Shown here one piece after another: positions 19,596-29,658 of a stretch of DNA of 64,000 nt. A program made the position numbers and the translations under genes. The DNA is taken from NCBI GenBank assembly GCA_965656035.1, contig CBFHIO010000001.1:4687-68686 (forward strand), given 5' to 3'. Source of the stretch: Gammaproteobacteria bacterium (GTDB lineage Bacteria > Pseudomonadota > Gammaproteobacteria > Magnimaribacterales > D2472). The notes beneath the pieces were generated by a model that worked only from the letters and a program-made list of their open reading frames with translations, had not been told where the DNA came from and did not search any database. How positions within the stretch are numbered: position 1 is the stretch's first letter; each line of letters begins with the position of its first letter.

Positions 19596-20534
19596 TTAAG
19601 TTTTATTTTTCTGAACTTCTTCTTTAGGGCCTATATGCTTTTGATTCCTTTTCTTAGCCAAGTCAACTTGCTTTTGTCTGCTCATATACCTTGCTTTCTG
19701 TTCTTTGGTTGTTTTAGCAAAACAAGCTGGGCATGAGACTCCACGAATAAACTCCTTTGATAACTTATCTTCATCAGTTATTGGCATTCTGCAACCATGA
19801 CACATATCATATGAACCTTCTGTTAAATCATGCTTAACTGCAACTCTATCATCAAATACAAAGCATTCACCGTCAAATAAAGATTGATCTTTATCAATTT
19901 TTTCAAAATAATTTAGTATCCCCCCTTTTAGATGATGAACGTGTTCGAATCCATCTTTTAGCATCATTGAGGAAGCTTTTTCACATCGAATGCCACCGGT
20001 ACAAAACATGGCAACTTTTTTATTTTTTTTATCTTCATCCGTAAAATTTTGATTTCTAACCCAATCAGGAAATTCTCTAAACCTTACAGTATTTGGATTA
20101 ATGGAATTTTTAAAAGTTCCGATTGAGTATTCATAATCATTTCTGGTATCAATTAATATAGTATCTTTATCTTGAATTAAATCGTTCCAGTCTTTTGGGT
20201 CGACATACTCCCCTACAACTTCATTTGGGTTAATTGAATTATCACCAATAGTAACAATTTCATTTTTAAGTTTAATTTTTAATCTTACAAATGGATTGAT
20301 TTTAGAATTAGAGAATTTGATATCTACGTTTTCAAAGCCTTCTATAGATTTAATAAATATAATTGCATGTTCAAGTTTATTTTTTTTTCCAGAGATTGTT
20401 CCATTCAAACCTTCTTTACCAACCAATATAGTTCCATAAATCTCTAGTTGTTTAAGTTTTTTTCTAATAATATTTTGAAGTCTGTTGGGGTCTTCTATTG
20501 ATGAAAATTTATAAAGTGCAGCTACTTTGAACAT
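19596..20534 (-). CDS. trhO: Rhodanese-domain protein of the UPF0176/YceA family (tRNA U34 hydroxylase TrhO)
   Basis: 312 aa. The rhodanese active-site loop is FCTGGIRCEKAS. A C-terminal Cys cluster reads CHGC...CPAC. The layout matches E. coli YceA. Confidence 0.8.
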   Translation of the reverse strand: MFKVAALYKFSSIEDPNRLQNIIRKKLKQLEIYGTILVGKEGLNGTISGKKNKLEHAIIFIKSIEGFENVDIKFSNSKINPFVRLKIKLKNEIVTIGDNSINPNEVVGEYVDPKDWNDLIQDKDTILIDTRNDYEYSIGTFKNSINPNTVRFREFPDWVRNQNFTDEDKKNKKVAMFCTGGIRCEKASSMMLKDGFEHVHHLKGGILNYFEKIDKDQSLFDGECFVFDDRVAVKHDLTEGSYDMCHGCRMPITDEDKLSKEFIRGVSCPACFAKTTKEQKARYMSRQKQVDLAKKRNQKHIGPKEEVQKNKT

Positions 20535-20557
20535 GACATAATTTTACTACAAGAAAA

Positions 20558-20634
<77 letters not shown>

Positions 20635-20635
20635 G

Positions 20636-20712
20636 TGGTCGGGGTAGTAAGATTCGAACTTACGACCACTCGCTCCCAAAGCGAGTGCGCTACCAGACTG
20701 CGCTATACCCCG
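20636..20712 (-). tRNA. tRNA-Pro (anticodon TGG)
   Basis: Hand-folded, 77 nt. The acceptor is CGGGGTA/TACCCCG. The anticodon arm is CTCGC/TTTGGGA/GCGAG. CCA is encoded. Confidence 0.9.
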
Positions 20713-20721
20713 AGGTTGCAA

Positions 20722-20750
20722 ATATTAAAGTTTATCCAAAAAATAAGCAA
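20722..20750 (-). promoter_or_regulatory. Candidate promoter of tRNA-Pro/tRNA-Arg (and trhO)
   Basis: On the minus strand: TTGCTT (20750-20745), a 17-nt spacer, then TAATAT (20727-20722). The -10 lies 9 nt upstream of the tRNA-Pro 5' end. Confidence 0.4.
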
Positions 20751-20792
20751 TCATCATATGAATAAATATTCATAAATGAGATAATATTTTAT

Positions 20793-21635
20793 ATGGTCGC
20801 AAAAATTCTAGATGGTAAAAAATTAGCTTCTTTAAGTGAAGAAGATATAAAAAAAGAAGTATCAGAATTGATAAAAAATGGTATAAATCCGACACTTGCT
20901 ACTATTCTTGTTGGAAGTGATCCTGCTTCAGAAACTTACGTTAGAATGAAAAGAAATACTTGCAAAAAAGTTGGTATGGAATCCATAGCTGTTGAACTTC
21001 CTGAATCTACTACTACAGAAGAGTTAATATCAACTATTGATGATTTAAATAACAATTTAAAAGTGCATGGAATTTTATTGCAACATCCAGTGCCATCTCA
21101 TATTGATGAAAGAAAATGTTTTGATGCTATTGATATTGAAAAAGATGTTGATGGTGTTACTTGTTTGGGTTTTGGAAATATGTCAATGGGTGTTGATGCG
21201 TATGGCTCATGCACACCAGCAGGAATTATAAGATTAATAAAGCATTATGGGCTTGAAGTTCAAGGCTTAAATGCTGTCGTTGTAGGGAGAAGTCCTATTC
21301 TAGGCAAGCCTATGGCTATGATGCTTCTAAATTTAAATGCCACCGTAACTATATGTCACTCAAAAACAATAAATATCGAAACAATTATTAAAAATGCCGA
21401 CCTAATTGTTGGGGCAGTTGGTATACCGAAATTTATAAAGACAGATTGGATTAAACAAGATGCGATTGTAATAGATGCAGGCTTCCATCCTGAAAAATGT
21501 GGCGATATTGACTTAAATAATATGGATCAGGTATCTTCTGCATATACCCCAGTACCAGGGGGGGTTGGGCCTATGACCATTAACACATTAATTTTGCACA
21601 CAATGCAGTCTGCAAAAAAATTACTAGATAACTAA
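20793..21635 (+). CDS. folD: Bifunctional methylenetetrahydrofolate dehydrogenase/cyclohydrolase
   Basis: 280 aa with the motifs [29 protein letters not shown] and [10 protein letters not shown]. Confidence 0.95.
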   Translation: MVAKILDGKKLASLSEEDIKKEVSELIKNGINPTLATILVGSDPASETYVRMKRNTCKKVGMESIAVELPESTTTEELISTIDDLNNNLKVHGILLQHPVPSHIDERKCFDAIDIEKDVDGVTCLGFGNMSMGVDAYGSCTPAGIIRLIKHYGLEVQGLNAVVVGRSPILGKPMAMMLLNLNATVTICHSKTINIETIIKNADLIVGAVGIPKFIKTDWIKQDAIVIDAGFHPEKCGDIDLNNMDQVSSAYTPVPGGVGPMTINTLILHTMQSAKKLLDN

Positions 21636-22001
21636 TTATTCTTTTATAACTTCTGGTTCTTTAGAGGTGTCATTATCTAGCTCTCCTTCAATCACTTCAC
21701 TCTCGTTGTGACTTTCGTTAACCTTGCTTTCATCTCCCTTAAAAGGGAATGGTTTTTCATCTGTGTGAAATAATAAAAAGGCCAAAGAGTCATGAAAGAA
21801 TTCTAATAGATGCGAATTAAAATTTGCGATAGATGTATTTGGCTTTGAAGTAAATAGATAAAATAAAAATTGAATTACTGCCAAGCCTATACATATGGTA
21901 AGTACAAAATTAATTACAAAACCATACAGCAACATAAACAAAAACCTAATCCACTTGCTTGTTTTTAAAATTTCTTCTTTATCTATTTCTATTTGAGTCA
22001 T
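21636..22001 (-). CDS. Small membrane protein (DUF4389-like), acidic C-terminal tail
   Basis: 121 aa with two predicted TM helices (WIRFLFMLLYGFVINFVLTICIGLAVIQFLFYLF). The family assignment is from memory only. Confidence 0.5.
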   Translation of the reverse strand: MTQIEIDKEEILKTSKWIRFLFMLLYGFVINFVLTICIGLAVIQFLFYLFTSKPNTSIANFNSHLLEFFHDSLAFLLFHTDEKPFPFKGDESKVNESHNESEVIEGELDNDTSKEPEVIKE

Positions 22002-22010
22002 AATTTTTTC

Positions 22011-23030
22011 CTAGTATGTAAATTCTACATCAACTTCATGTGGATTATTCACAAGATCATCAATAAATGTTTGAGATGATGCATTATTAAAAACAATATT
22101 ATGTAAAGAGTCGACCAATGGCATGCTTATCTTTAGCTTTGCTGACTCAGCTTTAATAACTTCAAGTGTTCTAATCCCCTCAGCAACCTGGCCAACTTTA
22201 GATTTTGCCTCATCAAGGTTCAAGCCTTCTCCTAAATGCATTCCTAGTTGAAAATTTCTAGATAAAACAGATGTACATGTTGCTACTAAATCGCCCATGC
22301 CAGCAAGTCCAAGAAAAGTTATAGGATTAGCGCCTTTTGCAACTGCAAATCTGCTCATTTCAGCCATACTCCTTGTAAGTATCAATCCAACAGCGTTTTC
22401 ACCAACTTTTAAGGATTCTGCTATTCCGCAAATAATCGCATATATATTTTTAAGTGCGCCAGCTAATTCAACACCTTGAATATCGTCTGAAGAATATATC
22501 TTAAAAGTATCCGATGAAAGAGTTTCTTTCACATCATTTATTAATAATTCATCATTGCTGGCAATGACTGTTCCAGTTACTTTATTTTCTGCAATCTCTT
22601 TGGCAAGATTTGGACCGCTTAAAACTCCAACACTATTTTTTGAAGATTGGATATTTGTTTTAATAATGTCAGACATTGATCTAAAAGGATCTAATTTAAT
22701 TCCTTTGGTGCAAGAAATAATATGCGCACCCTCTTCTACCAATGGCGCAATTCTTTTAACTATATTTTCAAATATTAAACTAGGCGTCGCTATTAAAACG
22801 ATATTTGCTTTTTTAATGACTGATTCTAAATTCTCTGAGGCCGCAATATTAGATGATAGTTGAAGCTCTGGGTGGTATGTAGTATTAGCTCCCTCAGAGT
22901 TAATTCTTAGAGCTTGCTCTGAATCCCTAACCCATAATGAAACATCATAACCATTAGATGCTGCAATATTTGCAAGCACAGTTCCAAAGCTTCCTCCCCC
23001 CAGAACTGCAACTTTTTTTATTTTGCTCAT
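22011..23030 (-). CDS. gpsA: NAD(P)H-dependent glycerol-3-phosphate dehydrogenase
   Basis: 339 aa with the Rossmann motif VLGGGSFGT. The GpsA layout is present. Confidence 0.92.
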   Translation of the reverse strand: MSKIKKVAVLGGGSFGTVLANIAASNGYDVSLWVRDSEQALRINSEGANTTYHPELQLSSNIAASENLESVIKKANIVLIATPSLIFENIVKRIAPLVEEGAHIISCTKGIKLDPFRSMSDIIKTNIQSSKNSVGVLSGPNLAKEIAENKVTGTVIASNDELLINDVKETLSSDTFKIYSSDDIQGVELAGALKNIYAIICGIAESLKVGENAVGLILTRSMAEMSRFAVAKGANPITFLGLAGMGDLVATCTSVLSRNFQLGMHLGEGLNLDEAKSKVGQVAEGIRTLEVIKAESAKLKISMPLVDSLHNIVFNNASSQTFIDDLVNNPHEVDVEFTY

Positions 23031-23032
23031 TA

Positions 23033-24859
23033 CTATGAGAGATATTTATCTAACTGCCTTAGATATTTTGATGGATCTTGAGGTGAACCGCCTTCAGCTA
23101 TAACAGCATAATCAAATAAAAAATCTACAAATGAATTAAATTGCTTTCCTTTCATATCTTTAAGCTTTTTAACCAGTTTATGCTTCATATTAATTTCAAA
23201 GATTGGGTTAGATGATCCTAATGTTTGACCAGAAGCTTCAAGAATTTTTCTTAATTGGGCTCCTGGTTCATGTTTTGGTAAAACAATACAAGAAGCAGAA
23301 TCTGTTAAGCGCTTACTGATTATTACATCAGAAACTTTGCTTTCTAAATGTTTTTTTATTTTAGTTAATATATCTTGGTCTGCCTCTGAAACCTTTTTTG
23401 CCTCGCTTTCATCGTCAATATCTTCTTTGGCCACATTTACAAGCTCTTTACCTTGATACTCCATTAATCCAGCCATAACCCACTCATCAATTCTATCTGT
23501 TAGAAGCAGAACCTCAGTTCCTTTTGACTTTAATCCTTCGATATGTGGAGAGTTCGCTGCAGCTTCATAAGTATCAGCTACGCAGTAATATATTTTTTCT
23601 TGATCATCAGCCATTCGTTCTAAATAATCATCAAGACCTTGATCGGTGTCTTTGCTATTAGCGTATGTTGAAGAAAATAATAATAAACTTGCTATTAAAT
23701 CTTTGTTTTCTCTATCTTCAGCTGGTCCTTCTTTTAGGACTAAGCCATATTCTTTCCAAAATTCCTTGTACTTATCAAAAGAATCTTTTTTGAGAACCTT
23801 TAAAGAATCGAGCATCCTTTTTGTAACAGCTTTTTTAATAGTATCAACTAAATGATGTTCTTGAAGAATTTCCCTGGAAACATTTAAAGGTAAATCATTG
23901 GTATCAATAATTCCTCTTACAAATCTTAAATACAGTGGTAAGAAGTTAGATGCATCATCCATTATAAAAACTCTCTGTATATAGAGTTTTACGCCTCTTG
24001 GGGATTCACGATTCCAAAGATCAAACGGTGGTTTTGATGGAATATACAATAAATTAGTATACTCATTTTTTCCTTCAACTTTGTTATGCGCCCAAAGCAA
24101 TGGATCATCTTGATCATAAGTAATAAATTTATAGAACTCTTTATACTCATCATCCTTAATAGATCTTTTAGACTTTAACCAAAGTGCATCTGCGTCATTT
24201 ATTCTTTGTGACTCAGTATCTTCACCTATTAAATTAAGAGGGAAATTAATATATTGAGAATACTTCTCAAGCAAAAATCTTACTCTCCCCTCGTCAGCAA
24301 ATTCTGTATTCTCTTCGTTTAAATAGATAACAATATCAGTACCATTTGTTTCTTTTGTTACCTCTGAAAGTTTATATTTTTCCTCACCTGAACTTTCCCA
24401 CATGATTGCTGCATCACTCTGCTCGTATACAGATTTTGAGATAACTTGAACTTTATCGGCAACCATGAAAACTGAGTAGAAGCCAACACCAAACTGACCA
24501 ATTAAATTAGAGTCTTTTTTCTTATCACCGGTAATGTTTTCTAAAAAGGATGCTGTGCCTGATCTTGCAATTGTCCCAATATTTGAAACTATCTCATCTT
24601 CACTCATTCCAATGCCATTATCAGAAATAATAATTTTCTTTTCTTCTTTTAAGACTTGAACATCAATCTTTAGATTTTTTGTGTGTTTGGCAATAGATTT
24701 ATCTTCAACAGATTTAAATCTAAGTTTATCAATAGCATCAGATGCATTTGAAACTAGCTCTCGAATAAATATCTCCTTATTTGAATAAAGAGAATGAATC
24801 ATCAGCTTTAATAGCTGTTTTGTCTCAGTTTGAAATGATTTAGTTTTTGATTTTGCCAT
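23033..24859 (-). CDS. htpG: Molecular chaperone HtpG (Hsp90)
   Basis: 608 aa with the motifs ELVSNASDAIDK and GQFGVGFYS. Confidence 0.96.
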   Translation of the reverse strand: MAKSKTKSFQTETKQLLKLMIHSLYSNKEIFIRELVSNASDAIDKLRFKSVEDKSIAKHTKNLKIDVQVLKEEKKIIISDNGIGMSEDEIVSNIGTIARSGTASFLENITGDKKKDSNLIGQFGVGFYSVFMVADKVQVISKSVYEQSDAAIMWESSGEEKYKLSEVTKETNGTDIVIYLNEENTEFADEGRVRFLLEKYSQYINFPLNLIGEDTESQRINDADALWLKSKRSIKDDEYKEFYKFITYDQDDPLLWAHNKVEGKNEYTNLLYIPSKPPFDLWNRESPRGVKLYIQRVFIMDDASNFLPLYLRFVRGIIDTNDLPLNVSREILQEHHLVDTIKKAVTKRMLDSLKVLKKDSFDKYKEFWKEYGLVLKEGPAEDRENKDLIASLLLFSSTYANSKDTDQGLDDYLERMADDQEKIYYCVADTYEAAANSPHIEGLKSKGTEVLLLTDRIDEWVMAGLMEYQGKELVNVAKEDIDDESEAKKVSEADQDILTKIKKHLESKVSDVIISKRLTDSASCIVLPKHEPGAQLRKILEASGQTLGSSNPIFEINMKHKLVKKLKDMKGKQFNSFVDFLFDYAVIAEGGSPQDPSKYLRQLDKYLS

Positions 24860-24923
24860 ATTAACCCTCTTTAATATCCAATAAGTAATAATGAATTAAT
24901 AAAATTCAAGGTTTAAATGAATT

Positions 24924-25331
24924 TTATAGATATGTAACTCTTACAATTTGTACAACTGATACTATAAAAATTACAAGGGTGTTAAACACGCTTAGGTTAT
25001 GAAAAAACTTAAATAACTTCTCCCAACCCCTATCTTTAGCAATATTTGTTACAGGTATTATTAAAAACCCTATCAAAGCAAATACTACAGCAACAAGGGC
25101 GAAGTAAGCGTCAATAGTTTTAAAAAAAAGGTAACTAATAAGCAAGGCTACAAGTGCAATTAACAAAATTAATAAATAATATCTTGGAAAGATTTTTCTC
25201 AAAAAATTAGAAGCATTCTGGTCATCTAGTACTTTAAAAACAACTGGTGCAGTTAAGAGGACTTGAGCAAATATTATGCCTAAAACCAAGGAGTAGCATA
25301 ATATAAGAAGGCTTAAGATAACTATATTCAT
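24924..25331 (-). CDS. Four-TM membrane protein (DUF4149/TMEM205-like)
   Basis: 135 aa and hydrophobic throughout. The family call is from memory only. The start lies only 7 nt after the tRNA-Asp CCA. Confidence 0.5.
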   Translation of the reverse strand: MNIVILSLLILCYSLVLGIIFAQVLLTAPVVFKVLDDQNASNFLRKIFPRYYLLILLIALVALLISYLFFKTIDAYFALVAVVFALIGFLIIPVTNIAKDRGWEKLFKFFHNLSVFNTLVIFIVSVVQIVRVTYL

Positions 25332-25338
25332 ATTTAAG

Positions 25339-25413
25339 TGGCGGTCCGACGGGGAATCGAACCCCGAACGCCGCCGTGACAGGGCGGAATTATAACCGTT
25401 TAACTACCGGACC
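25339..25413 (-). tRNA. tRNA-Asp (anticodon GTC)
   Basis: Hand-folded, 75 nt. The acceptor is GGTCCGG/TCGGACC. The anticodon arm is CCGCC/CTGTCAC/GGCGG. The T arm is CGGGG/TTCGATT/CCCCG. Confidence 0.9.
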
Positions 25414-25468
25414 AGTTATTAACATTCGAATAATATATTTAAAAAATAATATTTCAACTATTAATTAT

Positions 25469-25545
25469 TGGTGGGTGATGACAGGATCGAACTGCCGACC
25501 CTCTCGGTGTAAACGAGATGCTCTACCAAACTGAGCTAATCACCC
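25469..25545 (-). tRNA. tRNA-Val (anticodon TAC)
   Basis: Hand-folded, 77 nt. The acceptor is GGGTGAT/ATCACCC. The anticodon arm is TCTCG/TTTACAC/CGAGA. Confidence 0.9.
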
Positions 25546-25554
25546 ACGATGCGT

Positions 25555-25582
25555 ATTATATTGATTAATTTGAAGTATACAA
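25555..25582 (-). promoter_or_regulatory. Candidate promoter of tRNA-Val(TAC)/tRNA-Asp
   Basis: On the minus strand: TTGTAT (25582-25577), a 16-nt spacer, then TATAAT (25560-25555). The -10 lies 9 nt upstream of the tRNA-Val 5' end. Confidence 0.45.
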
Positions 25583-25623
25583 AAGAAATTTTTAATATTT
25601 ATCGAGTGATTCTTAAAATTTAA

Positions 25624-26133
25624 TTAAGCACCATATTTTGTTGCCTCTGCAACTTCGTTAAGATTGCCTGTCTTACAATTATAGATATACCCATAGATTT
25701 TTATGGAGTTCGGTACCAGTTGGTGGTTTTTTATTTTTAGAACATCATCAACAACACTTTTTTCATTATCAGTAAAACTTAGCCAATCTATTTCATTTGA
25801 ATTAATATTAAATTTTTCATCAATATCTCCATTCGAAAATTTTTCTAATCCACAATCTGTATGGTGAATAACAAACCATTCCTTGGTTCCTAATAATTTA
25901 TAGGATATTAATAAAGATCGAATAGCATCATCACTAGCTCGCCCACCCGCATTTCTTATAACATGAGCATCCCCTTCTGATAAACCGGCAAATTTTGCTG
26001 GATCAAGCCTTGCATCCATGCAAGTAAGAATTGCAAACTTTTTTATTGGTGCTGCAAGTAGATCGCCTTTAGAATTAAAATTCTTTGCATAAAGCTTATT
26101 TGAGGCAATTACTTCTTTTAGTATTTTTGACAT
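25624..26133 (-). CDS. Beta-class carbonic anhydrase (short form)
   Basis: 169 aa with the zinc-ligand contexts CMDARLDP and HHTDCG. Confidence 0.85.
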   Translation of the reverse strand: MSKILKEVIASNKLYAKNFNSKGDLLAAPIKKFAILTCMDARLDPAKFAGLSEGDAHVIRNAGGRASDDAIRSLLISYKLLGTKEWFVIHHTDCGLEKFSNGDIDEKFNINSNEIDWLSFTDNEKSVVDDVLKIKNHQLVPNSIKIYGYIYNCKTGNLNEVAEATKYGA

Positions 26134-26153
26134 ATTTTCACAACCTAAAATAA

Positions 26154-27032
26154 TTATTTTACAATGCTTAATCTAGCAAAGTAGATTCCTATAAGAGTTA
26201 TAAATACAAATAATATTTGCATTAGATTCAAAATTTCAGAAAAAATTAATGCTGCTAGCAAAGTAGCTGTTAAAGGCTGCATTAATAAGCCTATTGAACC
26301 ATTTGATGCAGAAATCTTACCAATACCAAAGGTAATTAGAAATTGACCTCCAAATTGACATAAAAAAGCCATTAGCAACAGGTTAATCCACTCAAAACTA
26401 GATATAGGTAAAAAAGATTTAGAATGCATCAACATTGGCACTATAGAAAAAAGGCAACAAAAAAATGTAGTATAAAAAATAATATTTAATGAGGTTTCTT
26501 TATTTAATTTTGAAATTACTAATAAATAAATTGCATAAAATAAAGCTGCAATCATGCACAGAAAATCGCCAAGTATTTTTCCATTAGCATAGTTATTAGA
26601 AAAAATTATTAACCCAATGATTCCAGTATAAGTAATTAAAAACGATTTACCAAAACCTTTTGTGGGGAGTTCTTTATAAAAAATAAAGGCTAGAAGCGCA
26701 ACAAATACAGGCGCAGAATTTACAATAATTGTTGCATTGGCTACAGAGGTTATATTCATGCTGTAATGCCAGAGAGTTAAATCAGTAGTGAATGCTAATG
26801 AGGCAAGAGCAGCATAAAAAATGGTTTTTTTGCTTTTTACTTTAAAAAAAAATTTTTTATTAACTGCATAATTGAAACCTACTAATAAAGGAAGAGCGAG
26901 CAACATTCTCCAAAATGTAATAGCCGCAGGAGATAAATTACTCCACTTTACAAATATAGGCGCAAACCCAATTAGAGTTGCTCCTAATGCAAGCATAAGA
27001 AAATAATTTGTTACCTGAAAATTTTTAATCAT
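26154..27032 (-). CDS. EamA/DMT-family transporter
   Basis: 292 aa with about 10 TM helices in a duplicated EamA-type arrangement. Confidence 0.8.
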   Translation of the reverse strand: MIKNFQVTNYFLMLALGATLIGFAPIFVKWSNLSPAAITFWRMLLALPLLVGFNYAVNKKFFFKVKSKKTIFYAALASLAFTTDLTLWHYSMNITSVANATIIVNSAPVFVALLAFIFYKELPTKGFGKSFLITYTGIIGLIIFSNNYANGKILGDFLCMIAALFYAIYLLVISKLNKETSLNIIFYTTFFCCLFSIVPMLMHSKSFLPISSFEWINLLLMAFLCQFGGQFLITFGIGKISASNGSIGLLMQPLTATLLAALIFSEILNLMQILFVFITLIGIYFARLSIVK

Positions 27033-27049
27033 GAAGTTATACTCTGACT

Positions 27050-28420
27050 ATGCAGAAAGATATTGTAGATCAGAATAGAGAAATTATCTCAGTTGGTGAG
27101 TTGAATCGATCTGCTAAACATCTACTTGAAGATGCTTTTACAGATATTGCTGTAATTGGTGAAATATCTAATATGTCTAGACCAAGTTCTGGTCATATTT
27201 ATTTCACGCTTAAAGACGAAGATGGTGCTATTGGTTGTGCCATGTGGCGTTCACAAGCATCAAAATTAAACTTCCGCCCAGAAGATGGAGATAAATGCAT
27301 ACTCAAAGGACAGGTTAGCCTGTATCCTGCAACTGGACGCTATCAACTCATGGTTAAATCTATTGAGCAAGCTGGAGCAGGAAATTTAATGCACCAGTTT
27401 GAACAATTAAAAAAGAAGTTAGAATCAGAGGGTTTGTTTGATCCATCAAAAAAATTATCCATACCATCCCCTCCAAAACATATTGGGGTAATAACCTCTT
27501 CATCTACAGCAGCATTTCAAGATATTTTAAGTACTATTCAAAGAAGAGCTCCTTCTGCCCAAGTCTCTATAAGCCCTGCAATGGTCCAAGGTGATACTGC
27601 TGCAAACACAATTATTAATGCATTAAATAGAATTTTAAAATTTAATGATAACAATAAGGATAATTCTATCGATTTGGTAATATTGGCTAGAGGTGGGGGT
27701 TCTATTGAAGACTTATGGTGTTTTAATAACGAGAGTCTTGCTAGAGAGATTTCATCATTTCCAATTCCTACTATCTCTGGCGTTGGTCATGAAATAGATT
27801 TTACAATTTGCGATTTTGTTTCAGATATGAGGGCGCCTACTCCAACCGCTTCTGCAGAGATAGCTACCGAGTTCCACTTTAAAGCCATAGATAAAATAAA
27901 TGATTTGTATGGCGATCTACGAAGAACAATCATTAACTCACTTAAAAATAAAATCCAAAACATTGATCATGTAAAAAGCAAGATTAGAAGTCCGCTTATG
28001 GTTCTAAGAGAGCAAAATCAGAAAATTGATAACTACGAAATAAGATTAAAACAAAATATTAGAATGGTTCTTAAACAAAATAATCAGAAATTAAACCTTA
28101 TTAATTCAAGATTTAAAGTAAAAAGTCCAAACACCATCATTCAAGAATTAGCCACAAGGCTAAACAATGTAAAAAATCTGTTAAAAAAAGAAATAAAATC
28201 ATCTTTAAAAAGAAATATTTTCTTAATTCAAGAGTTTGAAAAAAATCTTGAAATTCTTAACCCTTTATCAATCCTTGAAAGAGGATATGCAATTATTCAA
28301 AATAAATCTGGTAAATCAGTAAAATCAAATTCAGATGTAAAAATTGGAGAAAATTTAACTGCGAGATTGAACAAAGGTTTCTTAGATATCGAAGTTAAAA
28401 ACAAGAAAGATGCCTTATAA
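27050..28420 (+). CDS. xseA: Exodeoxyribonuclease VII large subunit
   Basis: 456 aa. An N-terminal OB fold (VIGEISNMSRPSSGHIYFTLKD), the catalytic core (ARGGGSIEDLW, GVGHEID) and a C-terminal coiled coil are present. Confidence 0.92.
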   Translation: MQKDIVDQNREIISVGELNRSAKHLLEDAFTDIAVIGEISNMSRPSSGHIYFTLKDEDGAIGCAMWRSQASKLNFRPEDGDKCILKGQVSLYPATGRYQLMVKSIEQAGAGNLMHQFEQLKKKLESEGLFDPSKKLSIPSPPKHIGVITSSSTAAFQDILSTIQRRAPSAQVSISPAMVQGDTAANTIINALNRILKFNDNNKDNSIDLVILARGGGSIEDLWCFNNESLAREISSFPIPTISGVGHEIDFTICDFVSDMRAPTPTASAEIATEFHFKAIDKINDLYGDLRRTIINSLKNKIQNIDHVKSKIRSPLMVLREQNQKIDNYEIRLKQNIRMVLKQNNQKLNLINSRFKVKSPNTIIQELATRLNNVKNLLKKEIKSSLKRNIFLIQEFEKNLEILNPLSILERGYAIIQNKSGKSVKSNSDVKIGENLTARLNKGFLDIEVKNKKDAL

Positions 28421-29198
28421 AACTATTTATCTTTTTATATTTCTTATTTCATTAGGATTAAAAAGTGAGATAGTAGCTGATCCTGGAGAACTTGTAGCAA
28501 TTAAAACTTCAGACTGTGCTGAAATAAAAAATAAAGAATTTTTATTTTTTAGTATTCAAGGTATCGAATATGCGATAGTTCCAGTGCCATTCACAAAAAA
28601 TACTACAATTATTGATAGCTACTGTATTCCTATTAAGGTTAATAAAAAAGATTTTGGAGAATCAAGGATTACAATCAAGGATACTTCTAAAGTAAATCTC
28701 AGCGCAGAAGATTCTGAAAGAACATTCAAAGAATCCCAATTGATCAAAAGCGCCTTAAATACCTATACAACAAATATAAGCCCATCTCTTAATTTTATTA
28801 AGCCCGTAAACGGCGTTATTTCAAGCAAGTATGGCAAACAGAGATTCATAAACAATCAACCAAGATCTCCTCACTTAGCATTAGACATAGCAGCACCTGA
28901 AGGTACAAAAATAATTGCTCCCCTTGCAGGAAAAGTAATTCTTGTTGGTGATTTTTTCTATTCCGGACGCTATTTAATACTAGATCATGGATTCGGGTTA
29001 GTTTCTTCCTATAGTCACATGTCAAAAATTCATGTTCAAAAAAATGCCTACCTCAACCAAGGCGATATCATTGGAGAAGTTGGCTCTACTGGAAGAGTAA
29101 CTGGACCACATTTACATTGGTCTGTTTATCTAGCAAATGAGAGAATTAATCCTGAATCTTTAATAGCTAAAAATTATATAGAAAAATTATTTAAGTGA
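28410..29198 (+). CDS. M23-family metallopeptidase
   Basis: 262 aa with a signal peptide and the motifs HLALDIAAPEGT and GPHLHWSV. Confidence 0.85.
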   Translation: MPYKTIYLFIFLISLGLKSEIVADPGELVAIKTSDCAEIKNKEFLFFSIQGIEYAIVPVPFTKNTTIIDSYCIPIKVNKKDFGESRITIKDTSKVNLSAEDSERTFKESQLIKSALNTYTTNISPSLNFIKPVNGVISSKYGKQRFINNQPRSPHLALDIAAPEGTKIIAPLAGKVILVGDFFYSGRYLILDHGFGLVSSYSHMSKIHVQKNAYLNQGDIIGEVGSTGRVTGPHLHWSVYLANERINPESLIAKNYIEKLFK

Positions 29199-29639
29199 CG
29201 CCAAGACAGAATTTAGGTTATCTTTAGTTTGAGGCCTAAATAAAGATTTAACTAAAACACCTTCAGGGCTAATAAAAAATGTAGCTGGCACTGCTGGTGG
29301 GGTTTCAATGCCCCAAATTTCTCTAGGATGAGATATTAGAGATGGAAGTTTAAGATTAAACCTTTTAGCTACAGGAGCTAAGTCTTCAGCATCGAGCTCA
29401 TCAAAATTAAATACATACACGAGCACGTCATTGTTCTCTTCAGCAAACTCAAGTAACTCAGGGAGTTCTTTTATACAGGGTGCGCACCAGTCAGCCCAAT
29501 AGTTAACCACAATCCACTGCCCCTTTAGTTTTTCAAGTGAAGTATCTTTTCCATTAAAAACATCAATATCATTTTTTTGACAACCAAATAATATGAAAAG
29601 GCACAATAAAGGTATAATTTTATATCTCATAAGCGTCAT
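29187..29639 (-). CDS. TlpA/ResA-like periplasmic thiol-disulfide oxidoreductase lipoprotein
   Basis: 150 aa with the lipobox LFGC and the CxxC motif WADWCAPCIKE. Confidence 0.8.
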   Translation of the reverse strand: MTLMRYKIIPLLCLFILFGCQKNDIDVFNGKDTSLEKLKGQWIVVNYWADWCAPCIKELPELLEFAEENNDVLVYVFNFDELDAEDLAPVAKRFNLKLPSLISHPREIWGIETPPAVPATFFISPEGVLVKSLFRPQTKDNLNSVLASLK

Positions 29640-29658
29640 AATAGGCTAAATTAACAAG

